A stretch of 64,000 nt of DNA from a bacterium (GTDB taxonomy: Bacteria; Patescibacteriota; Microgenomatia; Levybacterales; UBA12049). The first letter of the stretch is position 1. Each line of letters begins with the position of its first letter. The translations under genes and the position numbers were made by a program. The notes beneath the pieces were generated by a model, which saw only the letters and a list, made by a program, of their open reading frames with translations, did not search any database and was not told the origin of the DNA. The stretch is taken from NCBI GenBank assembly GCA_021791545.1, contig JAJYWL010000016.1, positions 219,704 to 283,703 of the forward strand, in the 5' to 3' direction. This document shows, piece by piece, positions 47,484 to 57,025 of this stretch.

Positions 47484-50156
47484 ATGCTAAATATATTTGG
47501 AAAATTCTTCGATTCGAATGAAAAAGAAATAACAAAGCTTACTCCTCTAATAGAAGAAATCAATTCATTTGAACAAAAATTTAAGAAATTAAAAGACAGC
47601 GAGTTCCCTAAAAAAACAGAGGAATTTAAAAAAAGGGTTGAAAAGGGAGAATCTTTGGATCTTTTGATGCCCGAAGCTTTTGCTCTTGTCAGAGAGGCGG
47701 CATCAAGGACAATAGGACAAAGACATTATGACGTCCAGTTATTGGCTGCGGCAGTTTTGGCACAGGGTAAAATAGCAGAACAAAAAACAGGAGAAGGAAA
47801 AACATTATCTGCTGTTCCCGCATTATATCTACATGCATTAACAGGAAAGGGAGTTCACCTTGTTACCGTAAACGATTATTTGGCAAGAAGAGACGCGGGT
47901 TGGATGGGTCCTATTTTCCATTTCTTGGGAATGACGACTGCCTCAATGATAAGCGAAGAATCTTTTGTTTACGATCCCGAATTTTCAAACAACAATGCTA
48001 CCGATTTTAGGCTTGTACATTTAAAACCCGTAACAAGGAAAGACGCTTATCAAAGCGATGTCGTGTATGGAATTAATTCCGAATTTGGCTTTGATTACCT
48101 AAGAGACAACATGTCTCAAGATGTCCATTCTTTAGTGCAGAGAGGTTTCTATTATGCTGTTGTCGATGAAGTAGATTCCGTTCTTATTGATGAAGCCAGA
48201 ACTCCCCATATAATTTCTGCACCGGACGAAGAACCTACCCAAAAGTATTATGAATATGCAAAACTTGTCGAAAAATTGAGTCCTGAAACAGACTATAAAA
48301 TTGACGAGAAACTAAAGACAGCACATCTTACCGATCATGGAATAAGTAAGGTTGAAAAGCTTTTTGGAGTCCAGGATATCTACGAAAAAGATTTTGATAC
48401 CGTTTATCATTTGGAGGCAGCTCTTAAGGCAAGAACACTATTCCATAAAGAAAAAGATTACATAGTAAAAGATAACGAGGTAATTCTTGTAGATGAATTT
48501 ACGGGAAGATTAATGGTCGGAAGAAGACTTTCCGAAGGTCTTCATCAGGCAATAGAGGCAAAAGAAGGGGTTACGATTCAAAGAGAATCCAAGACTTTGG
48601 CAACCGTTTCTCTCCAGAATTATTTCAGGATGTATGAAAGACTTGCGGGTATGACAGGTACTGCTGTAACCGAAGCAGAGGAATTCCATAAAATTTATAA
48701 ATTGGATGTAGTTGTAATACCAACTCATAGAGCATTGGTAAGAAAAGATTTGCCTGACGCAATTTATAAAACAGCAAGATCGAAATACACTGCAGTTGCA
48801 AATGAAATAGAAAAAATCCACAAAACCGGACAACCAATCCTTGTTGGAACAACCTCAATAGAGAAAAACGAAATAATATCGGAACTTCTTAGAAGAAAAG
48901 GGATTAAACATGAAACGTTAAATGCAAAAAATCACGAGAGGGAAGCAGAAATTATTTCAATGGCAGGTAAAAAAGGAGCAGTAACCGTTGCAACAAATAT
49001 GGCAGGAAGAGGAGTCGATATTATTTTAGGTGGAGATACGCCAAAACAAGAAGACGGAACAGATAAAAGAGGAACAAAAGAATGGGAAGAATGGGAGAAA
49101 AATCATGACGAAGTCTTAAAGCTCGGCGGCCTTTATGTAATGGGAACAGAAAGACATGAATCAAGAAGAATTGATAACCAGTTAAGAGGAAGATCGGGAA
49201 GACAAGGTGATCCCGGAGTTTCTCAATTCTTCGTAGGTCTTGATGATGAAATAATGAGACTTTTCGGCGGAGACACGATTTCGGGACTTATGACAAGATT
49301 TAACATGCCTGAAGATGTTCCACTGCAGCATCCTTTGGTTTCAAGGGCAATTGAGCAGGCACAGGTAAAAGTTGAAGGATATAACTTTGACATAAGAAAA
49401 CATCTTGTCGAATATGACGATGTTCTAAATAAGCAAAGAGAAATAATCTACAAAAAAAGAAGAACCGTTCTTGAAGCGGGAGAAGGAAAAGAGGGTAAGT
49501 TAAGAGAAGAGATACATGAAAATGTACACGCAACAATTGCCGGCATAGTAAATTTCCAGCAAGAGGACTTTATTGACGGTAAAAGCGCTTCCGAAAAAAT
49601 AACTGAAGAGTTTTCTACTATCATTCCTTTTGACGATGCATCAAGAGAACAGATAGCAAAGCAACTTGAACAGCTACACTCTTTTGAAGAAAAGATTTCT
49701 TTCCTTAATTCGGTCTCGGACGATATCTATAAGAAAAGAGTAGAGCAAATGGGAGAAGAGCTTATGAGACAAATCGAAAGATTTGTAATGCTTTCGGTAA
49801 TAGATAATTTATGGGTAGACCACTTAGATGCTATAGAAAATTTAAGACAAGGAATAGGTCTTAGGGGATACGGTCAAAAAGATCCGTTAGTAGAATATAA
49901 AAATGAAGCTTATGCAATGTTTGAAAAGTTAATAAGTACAATTGATGATGAGATAGTTCACAGGATTTATAAAATCCAGGTAGAACAAGCTCCTCAAATG
50001 GAACAGCCAAAGACAATGGTAGCTCAGGCTGCGGGAGAAAGTGAAGTTCAAAGGACTAAGAAACCTTCTGTTAATGCCAATAAAAAATTGGGAAGAAACG
50101 ATCCATGTTGGTGCGGAAGCGGAAAAAAATATAAAAAGTGCCACTTTCCAAATTAA
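47484..50156 (+). CDS. secA: preprotein translocase ATPase SecA
   Basis: 890 aa with DEAD-like motor motifs. C-terminal zinc finger CWCGSGKKYKKCH. Confidence 0.92.
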   Translation: MLNIFGKFFDSNEKEITKLTPLIEEINSFEQKFKKLKDSEFPKKTEEFKKRVEKGESLDLLMPEAFALVREAASRTIGQRHYDVQLLAAAVLAQGKIAEQKTGEGKTLSAVPALYLHALTGKGVHLVTVNDYLARRDAGWMGPIFHFLGMTTASMISEESFVYDPEFSNNNATDFRLVHLKPVTRKDAYQSDVVYGINSEFGFDYLRDNMSQDVHSLVQRGFYYAVVDEVDSVLIDEARTPHIISAPDEEPTQKYYEYAKLVEKLSPETDYKIDEKLKTAHLTDHGISKVEKLFGVQDIYEKDFDTVYHLEAALKARTLFHKEKDYIVKDNEVILVDEFTGRLMVGRRLSEGLHQAIEAKEGVTIQRESKTLATVSLQNYFRMYERLAGMTGTAVTEAEEFHKIYKLDVVVIPTHRALVRKDLPDAIYKTARSKYTAVANEIEKIHKTGQPILVGTTSIEKNEIISELLRRKGIKHETLNAKNHEREAEIISMAGKKGAVTVATNMAGRGVDIILGGDTPKQEDGTDKRGTKEWEEWEKNHDEVLKLGGLYVMGTERHESRRIDNQLRGRSGRQGDPGVSQFFVGLDDEIMRLFGGDTISGLMTRFNMPEDVPLQHPLVSRAIEQAQVKVEGYNFDIRKHLVEYDDVLNKQREIIYKKRRTVLEAGEGKEGKLREEIHENVHATIAGIVNFQQEDFIDGKSASEKITEEFSTIIPFDDASREQIAKQLEQLHSFEEKISFLNSVSDDIYKKRVEQMGEELMRQIERFVMLSVIDNLWVDHLDAIENLRQGIGLRGYGQKDPLVEYKNEAYAMFEKLISTIDDEIVHRIYKIQVEQAPQMEQPKTMVAQAAGESEVQRTKKPSVNANKKLGRNDPCWCGSGKKYKKCHFPN

Positions 50157-50205
50157 AATAAACCTCAAATTAGCAGTAAAACGGGAAAACATGTAAAATA
50201 AAAGT

Positions 50206-51090
50206 GTGCCGAAGAAAAAGAGCTTAAATTACATAAAGCTTAGGAAGAAATGGGTAAAAAGACAGCTTGAGCTGGAAAAGTCTCTTTTTCAAAAACACAA
50301 GGAATCATTTGAATGGCTTTCTCAAAATGGTAAGCAATTCACAGTTGGAACTCTCGCTGGTATTTTTCTTCTTGCAAGTCCGGCTGTTCCTACAGTAAAC
50401 GCATTAAAAACAGAAGTGGTTGATCCGCAACAGACTCCGGGGAAAGATATAGGAAAACAAAATTTTATTGTCTACGACTTATACAATATTCTGCCTAAAG
50501 AAGTTGCCCCCCTGGATCCTGTTACTGAAGAAAGGGTTGCGGAAGTATTAACAAGAGATTATGGTATAAGTGTTAAACCTTCTATCGGAGATATCAGGCT
50601 CAATACATCATATGGATACATCGGACAAGAACAGCATCTGGCACGCTATCCTGGAGATAATATCTATTCTCATTTTGATACGCAAAACGAAGCATCGGAT
50701 TACTGGTCTTACGGAATGGCTCCGGGCCTTGGTGCTTGGGGATATTTTTCAAACTCACAAAGTGCCATGACTAAAGAGGATGTTTTAAGGGAAAAATATT
50801 ATATCGCAGTACAAACTTTTCTTGCGCCTGGTTTTGAAAAAGATCCAAAGAAATATGTCGATTTTTTTAAGTATAGAAAAATGCTTGTGGTAAATCCTCA
50901 AAACGGAAAAGCTGTAGTAGCGGTAATAGGAGATGCAGGTCCTGCTGCCTGGACGGGAAAACAGCTTGGAGGATCTCCTGAAGTTATGAAATACCTTCAA
51001 AGAGTAGACGGAAGACAGAAGGGTCCTGTTTTATATTACTTTATTGAGGATCCTGAAAATAAGATTCCATTAGGACCTGTAGGTATATAA
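50206..51090 (+). CDS. membrane-anchored protein with RlpA-like DPBB C-terminal domain (putative)
   Basis: GTG start, one TM helix, and C-terminal VVAVIGDAGPAAW..GGSPEVMKYL resembling a DPBB fold. Confidence 0.4.
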   Translation: MPKKKSLNYIKLRKKWVKRQLELEKSLFQKHKESFEWLSQNGKQFTVGTLAGIFLLASPAVPTVNALKTEVVDPQQTPGKDIGKQNFIVYDLYNILPKEVAPLDPVTEERVAEVLTRDYGISVKPSIGDIRLNTSYGYIGQEQHLARYPGDNIYSHFDTQNEASDYWSYGMAPGLGAWGYFSNSQSAMTKEDVLREKYYIAVQTFLAPGFEKDPKKYVDFFKYRKMLVVNPQNGKAVVAVIGDAGPAAWTGKQLGGSPEVMKYLQRVDGRQKGPVLYYFIEDPENKIPLGPVGI

Positions 51091-51092
51091 TT

Positions 51093-51419
51093 ATGAGTAT
51101 GAATAAAAAACATTTCTATGAGCATTTAATAGAAACCTCGGAGCTTAGTCTTTCCTTGGGAGACTTGGAGTTATCGCAGGAAGAAAGAATAGAACTTATC
51201 CATATTGTCAGAAAAAACATGCATTATATTGTCATAGATATTGTCCTCTCAGAGCTTCCCGAGAACGAGAAGAAGGTTTTTCTTAAAAATATGCATGAAG
51301 AAGATAATGAAGTTACATGGAAACATCTGAAGGAAAACATAAAAGACGTTGAAGAAAAAATAAGAGAAGCATCTCGTAAAGCTCTAAGGGAACACATCCG
51401 CGACATTAGGGAAAAATAA
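51093..51419 (+). CDS. hypothetical protein (108 aa)
   Basis: ORF only. Confidence 0.4.
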   Translation: MSMNKKHFYEHLIETSELSLSLGDLELSQEERIELIHIVRKNMHYIVIDIVLSELPENEKKVFLKNMHEEDNEVTWKHLKENIKDVEEKIREASRKALREHIRDIREK

Positions 51420-51518
51420 ACTCCTAGTTTTGTCTTTCCTAATTCTTACTCAAGTTTTATTACTCTCTGACTATTCTTGCATATTATTGGATGACTTTAA
51501 GGAAAGGGGGTGAATAAA

Positions 51519-51845
51519 ATGGCTGATAATACAAAAAACGATGATGATCAGAAAAAGGACGAAAAAGATCAGGGTTCAAAGGGAGGGCAATCTCAAAAAA
51601 GAGATGAGAATCAGGATATGAACCAAGATGATTTTTCTGATTTGTCCGACGAGGATCTGCGGAGCTCCAAAGGAGGACAAAGTCGTAAAGGCAAAAAAGG
51701 AGGACAGGGATTTGCGTCTATGAACTCTGACGAACTTAAACAAGTTGCCTCTAAAGGAGGAAAAGCCGCCCACAAAAAAGGCACCGCACATGAATTCACA
51801 AGTGAGGAAGCAAGAGCGGCAGGAAGGAAGGGAGGAAGACGTTAA
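51519..51845 (+). CDS. KGG-repeat general stress protein (YciG/Con-10-like)
   Basis: Repeated SKGGQS / KGGQG / SKGGKAAHKKG motifs. SD AAGGGGGTGA upstream. Confidence 0.7.
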   Translation: MADNTKNDDDQKKDEKDQGSKGGQSQKRDENQDMNQDDFSDLSDEDLRSSKGGQSRKGKKGGQGFASMNSDELKQVASKGGKAAHKKGTAHEFTSEEARAAGRKGGRR

Positions 51846-51852
51846 ATTCAGA

Positions 51853-52362
51853 CTATAAACTACGGGTAGCCATTACAGGTTGCCCGTTTTTATTTTGTTC
51901 AAAATCATAAATACTTAGGGAAGACTCTATTACAGAGTTAGTTAAAAGAATAGATTCTTTAAGTGCTTCAAAAAAATATGCATCGTCTTCTTTTCCGGCG
52001 TCTATAAAGATATGGAAAATCCCCGTTTCTTCTTTGTTCCAATTCCAGCTTGTTCTTCCGTTAAACTCAGCATAATCAAAACCGTTTTGAATTTTTAAGA
52101 GTGAAAGGTTTTCTATAAAGATATGCTCAAAAAGATGTCCTATTTCTGTTTTTACTACCTCTTTTTCAAATGACAAATTTTTATCATTAAAACATTTAGT
52201 CCTTAGAACGGAAGGAAGATTTGATTTTAATATGCTCAACGTTTGGGGGGCCATTTTTGTCGTTACGAAAGATGGGCTAATTGTAAAAACGATATTTGAA
52301 GTATGTTTTTTTTGGGCTATTTTTAAGGAAAAATATTGACAGTTATAAGAAAAGTTTTGCAT
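51853..52362 (-). CDS. hypothetical protein
   Basis: ORF; contains HLFEH. Confidence 0.35.
   Translation of the reverse strand: MQNFSYNCQYFSLKIAQKKHTSNIVFTISPSFVTTKMAPQTLSILKSNLPSVLRTKCFNDKNLSFEKEVVKTEIGHLFEHIFIENLSLLKIQNGFDYAEFNGRTSWNWNKEETGIFHIFIDAGKEDDAYFFEALKESILLTNSVIESSLSIYDFEQNKNGQPVMATRSL
51862..51895 (+). terminator. bidirectional rho-independent terminator between convergent genes
   Basis: 10-bp stem ACGGGUAGCC/GGUUGCCCGU followed by UUUUUAUUUU. Confidence 0.55.
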
Positions 52363-52615
52363 CTAAGATCTTACTAAGTTTTTACATTCTACTTACATGC
52401 ACCCTCAAAAGCAAGCATATTTTTGGGGTAAAATTGTATCAAAATTACTATATTCCCAAATCTTTTATTCTTTCATTTCTCTTACTTTAAATTTCTTCGA
52501 TTCTCATGAGATTTCTCTAATATTTCTGCATGAGCAATAACAATATATTCGGAATATTACATAGTTTCTTAATGTTTTTAATTTCGCCGGTTGAACTGGA
52601 GGGGAGGTGAATAAA

Positions 52616-52864
52616 ATGGACATACTTTTATGGATCGTTTTAGGAGGACTTGCCGGGTGGATCGCATCTTTAATCATGAAGAGCGACCAGGGAATAGTAA
52701 CAGACGTTGTTTTAGGAATCGTGGGAGCTATAATAGGAGGTTTTATAATGAGTTTCCTTGGTCAAGCGGGAGTGACAGGGCTTAACATCTACAGCTTAGT
52801 AGTAGCAGTAGTTGGTTCAGTAGTATTAATCGCTCTTGGCAGAATGATGTATAGAGTTAGATGA
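52616..52864 (+). CDS. GlsB/YeaQ/YmgE family stress-response membrane protein
   Basis: ILLWIVLGGLAGWIASLIM transglycosylase-associated motif. SD GGAGGTGA upstream. Confidence 0.75.
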   Translation: MDILLWIVLGGLAGWIASLIMKSDQGIVTDVVLGIVGAIIGGFIMSFLGQAGVTGLNIYSLVVAVVGSVVLIALGRMMYRVR

Positions 52865-52898
52865 TTCATAACCAAGGATACTCTTAAAAGGGGTATCC

Positions 52899-53600
52899 TT
52901 GGTTAAATGGCAAAATGAGAAAAAAGAGTCTATAATTCCAACTATGAAAGACATAGATTGGGAAAAGTTGCTGGGAGTGGCAAGTCATAAAATAAAAGGC
53001 CCACTGGCAAGTATGAAGGCAATTGTTCTTTTGGACTCGAGAAAAGTAAAAGACGTTAAGTTAAAAGAAGACCTTTTAAAAATTGAAGAAAGAATAGATA
53101 AATCAAACAAAGCGGCAGACGAGTTGTTTGCCTTACTTTCATTAAAGATGTTAAGACCGCAATTCTCGTATGAAGTATTTGATTTTGATAAATTTGTAGT
53201 TGATCTGATTTCAAACAATAAACTTGAAGAAAGAGTTGAGGTAACAGGAGAAACAGAGAAAGAGGTCATTCACGATAGAGAAAAATTGGAAGAAATAATC
53301 CTTTCAGTAATCAGAAAAGAATTAATTGTTAGTAAAAAAATTTCGATAAATATGAAAAGCGATAAAAAAATAATAACAGTAAGGATAAAAATAAACGGTA
53401 ATAAAATCGATGGCCGTGAAGAAAATAATATGTTCAAGTTAAACTCAGGTCTTGATGACGATCCGTTAGATGTAAGTCTTTATATGGCAACGGAGATAAT
53501 TAAAAAACAGGGCGGGAGGGTTTGGATAAAAATGGATGACGGAAAACTTACCAACTTTCTCTTTAACTTACCGATTAAGGCAAAGCATCCTCAGGTTTAG
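52899..53600 (+). CDS. cytoplasmic histidine kinase-like protein (HisKA H-box SHKIKGPL + degenerate HATPase)
   Basis: H-box and C-terminal G-box-like segment. The TTG start sits inside a 12-bp hairpin; an alternative ATG is at 52944. Confidence 0.5.
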   Translation: MVKWQNEKKESIIPTMKDIDWEKLLGVASHKIKGPLASMKAIVLLDSRKVKDVKLKEDLLKIEERIDKSNKAADELFALLSLKMLRPQFSYEVFDFDKFVVDLISNNKLEERVEVTGETEKEVIHDREKLEEIILSVIRKELIVSKKISINMKSDKKIITVRIKINGNKIDGREENNMFKLNSGLDDDPLDVSLYMATEIIKKQGGRVWIKMDDGKLTNFLFNLPIKAKHPQV

Positions 53601-54268
53601 TCTTTTATAGTGTAGCCGAATCCTCTTATAGAGTGAACGAGTTTCTTCTTAAATCCGGAATCGATTTTCTTTCTTAGGTATCCCATGTAGACATCTACAA
53701 TTCTACTTTCAACGTCAAGAGAATAAGACCATATTCTATTGAGTATCATTTCCCTGGTTAGAACAACGCCTTTATTATGCATGAGATATTCAAGTAGTTT
53801 AAACTCATGAGGTGTAAGACTTATTATTTTGTCTCCCCTTTTGACTTGAACCTTTTTTGTATCAAGTTCCAAATCGTCAACTACAATTTTCGATGGGCCT
53901 TCTGCCTTTTGTCTTAATCTTGCTTTTATTCTTGCCAGAAATTCATCGGGAATAAAAGGTTTAGTAATATAATCATCTGCTCCCATTGAAAGTCCCTGGA
54001 CTTTATCGTGTATTGCTGATTTTGCAGTAAGCATAATAATAGGAAGAGAAGGATGATCTTTTCTTACTTCGATACAAACTCCTTCACCGCTCATATCCGG
54101 AAGATTCAAGTCAAGTACTACCAAGTCAGGTTCGAGTTTATTAATGAGATTTATTGCGTTTATTCCCTTTGAGACCGCTTGAACAGAATATCCGTTTTTT
54201 GTCAGGATACTCTTTAAGTATTGTTGGAAATCTTTGTCATCTTCAACAATAAGAATATTGGAATTCAT
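53597..54268 (-). CDS. OmpR-family response regulator
   Basis: REC domain (ILIVEDD..DLVVLDLNLPD..MLTAK) and a winged-helix C-terminus. Confidence 0.85.
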   Translation of the reverse strand: MNSNILIVEDDKDFQQYLKSILTKNGYSVQAVSKGINAINLINKLEPDLVVLDLNLPDMSGEGVCIEVRKDHPSLPIIMLTAKSAIHDKVQGLSMGADDYITKPFIPDEFLARIKARLRQKAEGPSKIVVDDLELDTKKVQVKRGDKIISLTPHEFKLLEYLMHNKGVVLTREMILNRIWSYSLDVESRIVDVYMGYLRKKIDSGFKKKLVHSIRGFGYTIKD

Positions 54269-54325
54269 GGTCATAAGTATATACGTATATAGGCTAATAT
54301 GCAAGTTTTATAAGCCTGAGTTAAA

Positions 54326-54652
54326 TTAAAAATATTTTTTCCAAAAAGGCATTTTATATAATGAATAATCAAGATCTACAGTTTTAAGATTTATAAAAAC
54401 CACTCCCTCTTTTATTAATTTTTCGCGTTGTTTTTTTATTCCTCCAAAAGCATAACCGTTTGCTATGGTTCCATTATTTTTAACAACTCTATGGCAAGGA
54501 ATGATATCCGGAAACTTATTTGCATGTAGAGCAAATCCTACAATTCTAGGATCTGTTCCCGAGACCTGTGCAACTATCTTATATGTAAGCACTTTCCCTT
54601 TGGGTATGCTTTTAACTACACGATACACTTTTTCAAAAATTTTTCCATCCAT
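54326..54652 (-). CDS. minimal methylated-DNA-protein-cysteine methyltransferase (MGMT C-terminal domain only)
   Basis: PCHRVV active-site motif and a helix-turn-helix; about 108 aa. Confidence 0.75.
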   Translation of the reverse strand: MDGKIFEKVYRVVKSIPKGKVLTYKIVAQVSGTDPRIVGFALHANKFPDIIPCHRVVKNNGTIANGYAFGGIKKQREKLIKEGVVFINLKTVDLDYSLYKMPFWKKYF

Positions 54653-54740
54653 AAAATTAGTAGTTGTTCCGAGGAAGTTTGAGTTTCTGTTTTCCAAAAT
54701 TATTCTACCTTAAGTTTTGAAAAAAATAAAGTAGTCAAAT

Positions 54741-55844
54741 TTAAATATCTTCATTTTCTACTGTAGGAACAAGAAGCTTTCCTTCAATAGGCGAGTTTAA
54801 TGCTATAAAGCATCTGTCCGCAGGTAAGTCTAGTTTATCTCTTCTTATATATCCTAGAGCATAAGCTATGTTGTCTCGAAATACTACTTTTTCTTTTCGA
54901 CTTAAGCCTTTCTCAAGATTTTTTGATGGTAATTCTCTATACCTTTGAAGACTTGGGGTTCTTGCGACAGTAGCGATTTGGTTTTGTGCGAGACGTATTA
55001 TTGCAGAACCGGCACCTCTTCCTGCCACTTTTTTTATTACTGTTCCTTCGGGAGCATTTGCATCAAGTCCGGTAAGTTCTATGTGATATTGTCTAAGAAT
55101 TTTTAGTGCTTCCTCGTCGTTTGCCGCTCCTGCCACTTTTGTTCTAATCTCCTCTGCCTTTTTTACAACTAAAGGATGTCCTACTAAATAGAGAAAAAAT
55201 ATTTCATTATATTCTTCGGGTTGTTTTCTGGTTTGGTTAGCAAGTTTCATTAAGGTTGAAAGAGTCATGTCTTTTCCTCCTTTTTCAACAGAGCCTATTC
55301 CAGCACATTCGACAAGAAGTATTTCTTCCGGGGGTGGAATTTCTTCTAGATCTTCTTTGCGATAAAACCTATCCCTAAAATTTCTCCATTCTGCGTCTCC
55401 CCAATTTTCGGGAGGATTTTGATAAAATTCTCCCACATCTTTTAGAAGAGGACTCAAAGAAAGTCTTGAAGGTGGCATTGCATTCATAATGTCTTGGTAG
55501 AACATATCGCTAAGAGCATGCCATTCATCTTCATCTAAATCTATTGTTTTTTTCTTATCGACCTGTTTGAGAAATTTAGGTACTGTTTCCGAAATAGCGA
55601 AAACTCTTATTTTAGGAGGCTTGGGATAAATTCTTCTTATTTGGTCTTTATATTGTTCAATTACCGTTGTTTTTCCAGCACCCGTAATTCCGGAAATTAC
55701 AATACATCTTAAGTATCTTGAAACAAACGGAGCCTCAAGGAGGAGTTCTGCGATGGGTTCATCGGTTCCGAAACTTCTTAAACCATAGAGAACTTCATGA
55801 CTGTGTGTGCTTTTTTCAGGTGAAAAATTATGTTCTCTTTCCAT
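54741..55844 (-). CDS. uncharacterised P-loop NTPase (367 aa)
   Basis: Walker A ISGITGAGKTT and Walker B ILLVE. Overlaps the upstream HK gene by 17 nt. Confidence 0.55.
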   Translation of the reverse strand: MEREHNFSPEKSTHSHEVLYGLRSFGTDEPIAELLLEAPFVSRYLRCIVISGITGAGKTTVIEQYKDQIRRIYPKPPKIRVFAISETVPKFLKQVDKKKTIDLDEDEWHALSDMFYQDIMNAMPPSRLSLSPLLKDVGEFYQNPPENWGDAEWRNFRDRFYRKEDLEEIPPPEEILLVECAGIGSVEKGGKDMTLSTLMKLANQTRKQPEEYNEIFFLYLVGHPLVVKKAEEIRTKVAGAANDEEALKILRQYHIELTGLDANAPEGTVIKKVAGRGAGSAIIRLAQNQIATVARTPSLQRYRELPSKNLEKGLSRKEKVVFRDNIAYALGYIRRDKLDLPADRCFIALNSPIEGKLLVPTVENEDI

Positions 55845-56985
55845 GTTTCAAGGATGGCAGTATAAGTCGAATGGTAGTTCCCTTATCTTTTTTTGAATCT
55901 ATTATTATGTCACCCTTGTGCGTGTCAATTATTCTTTTGGAAAGATAAAGACCCAATCCCATTCCTTCTTTTGTGTTATCTTTAGCTTTATAAAATTCTT
56001 CAAAAATGTTTTGTAGGTCTTTTTTGGGAATTCCTTTTCCTTTATCACTTACTTCAAAAAGAAGTTTTTTATCCTCTTCGCGAACATTTATAATTATTTT
56101 AGATTTCATCGGAGAGTGCTTAGCGGCATTATCTAAAAGATTTGTAAAGACTTCGATAAGTTTACTCTGGTCTCCATATATTTTTAGAGGTCCATCGCAG
56201 CAATTTAGGATTACTTCTCTTTGGGGAAACTTGGATTTAAAATTGGTGATTGATTTCTCAATAATATCTTTTGGATTAAGTTCCTCAAAATGATAACTTA
56301 ATTTCCCTTTTCTTATTTGGTTTATCTCTAATAATTCATTGGTAAGAAAGGTAAGTCTATTTAATTCTTCGTTTATTGTGTCAATCCATTTGGGGTCGAA
56401 TTTTTCATTTCGTTCAATCTTTCTCTTAATAAGCTGACTGTATGTGAAAGCAGTTGTTATTGGAGTTCTCAACTCATGTGCAGCCAATGAAATAAATAAA
56501 TCTCTAACTCTTAAAGAGTCTTTAACTTCCGCATAAAGAGAAGCTTTTCTTATTGCAAGACTTGATAGAGTTCCCATAAACTGAAGCTTATCTTTATCTT
56601 CCTCTGTAAAATTTTTCTTTCTTGATATTACCGAAAGAACACCTATTGGTTTTTTCCCATACATAAGGGGAACGATTACTGAGGATTTCATTTTTAGTTT
56701 TTTAAATTCGGGATGAGCATCCAGTGCCTCTTCATGATTTACGATTAACCCCTTTTTTGTTTCGTAAACTTTCTTTATAAATCCGTCTTTTCTAGGTTTA
56801 ACTTTAAATCGGGGGTGGGTGGTGAATACTCTTTTAAAACTATTTCTTTCTTCAAGATTTATTGTGCAGAAATCGGCATTGACTAATTCCATAGCCGCAT
56901 TTGCAATCCTTTTATAGGTTTGCTTTAGGGAAAGAGGGCTAAGAAATTCAAAAGCATAATTATAGGTATCTTTTAAATAGTCCAT
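55828..56985 (-). CDS. cytoplasmic sensor histidine kinase (GAF-like + HisKA + HATPase_c)
   Basis: AAHELRTPIT H-box with N/G boxes. No TM helix. Confidence 0.8.
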   Translation of the reverse strand: MDYLKDTYNYAFEFLSPLSLKQTYKRIANAAMELVNADFCTINLEERNSFKRVFTTHPRFKVKPRKDGFIKKVYETKKGLIVNHEEALDAHPEFKKLKMKSSVIVPLMYGKKPIGVLSVISRKKNFTEEDKDKLQFMGTLSSLAIRKASLYAEVKDSLRVRDLFISLAAHELRTPITTAFTYSQLIKRKIERNEKFDPKWIDTINEELNRLTFLTNELLEINQIRKGKLSYHFEELNPKDIIEKSITNFKSKFPQREVILNCCDGPLKIYGDQSKLIEVFTNLLDNAAKHSPMKSKIIINVREEDKKLLFEVSDKGKGIPKKDLQNIFEEFYKAKDNTKEGMGLGLYLSKRIIDTHKGDIIIDSKKDKGTTIRLILPSLKHGKRT

Positions 56986-57025
56986 ATTATTTGATTTGCC
57001 CCTATTATAGTCCTATAAGGCAAAT

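Noticed and set aside
51853-52362. HLFEH (HxxEH) in the minus-strand hypothetical protein, suggesting an M16 insulinase-like zinc site
   Set aside because: The protein is far too short (at most 169 aa) for an M16 peptidase and lacks the downstream Glu. The motif is likely fortuitous.
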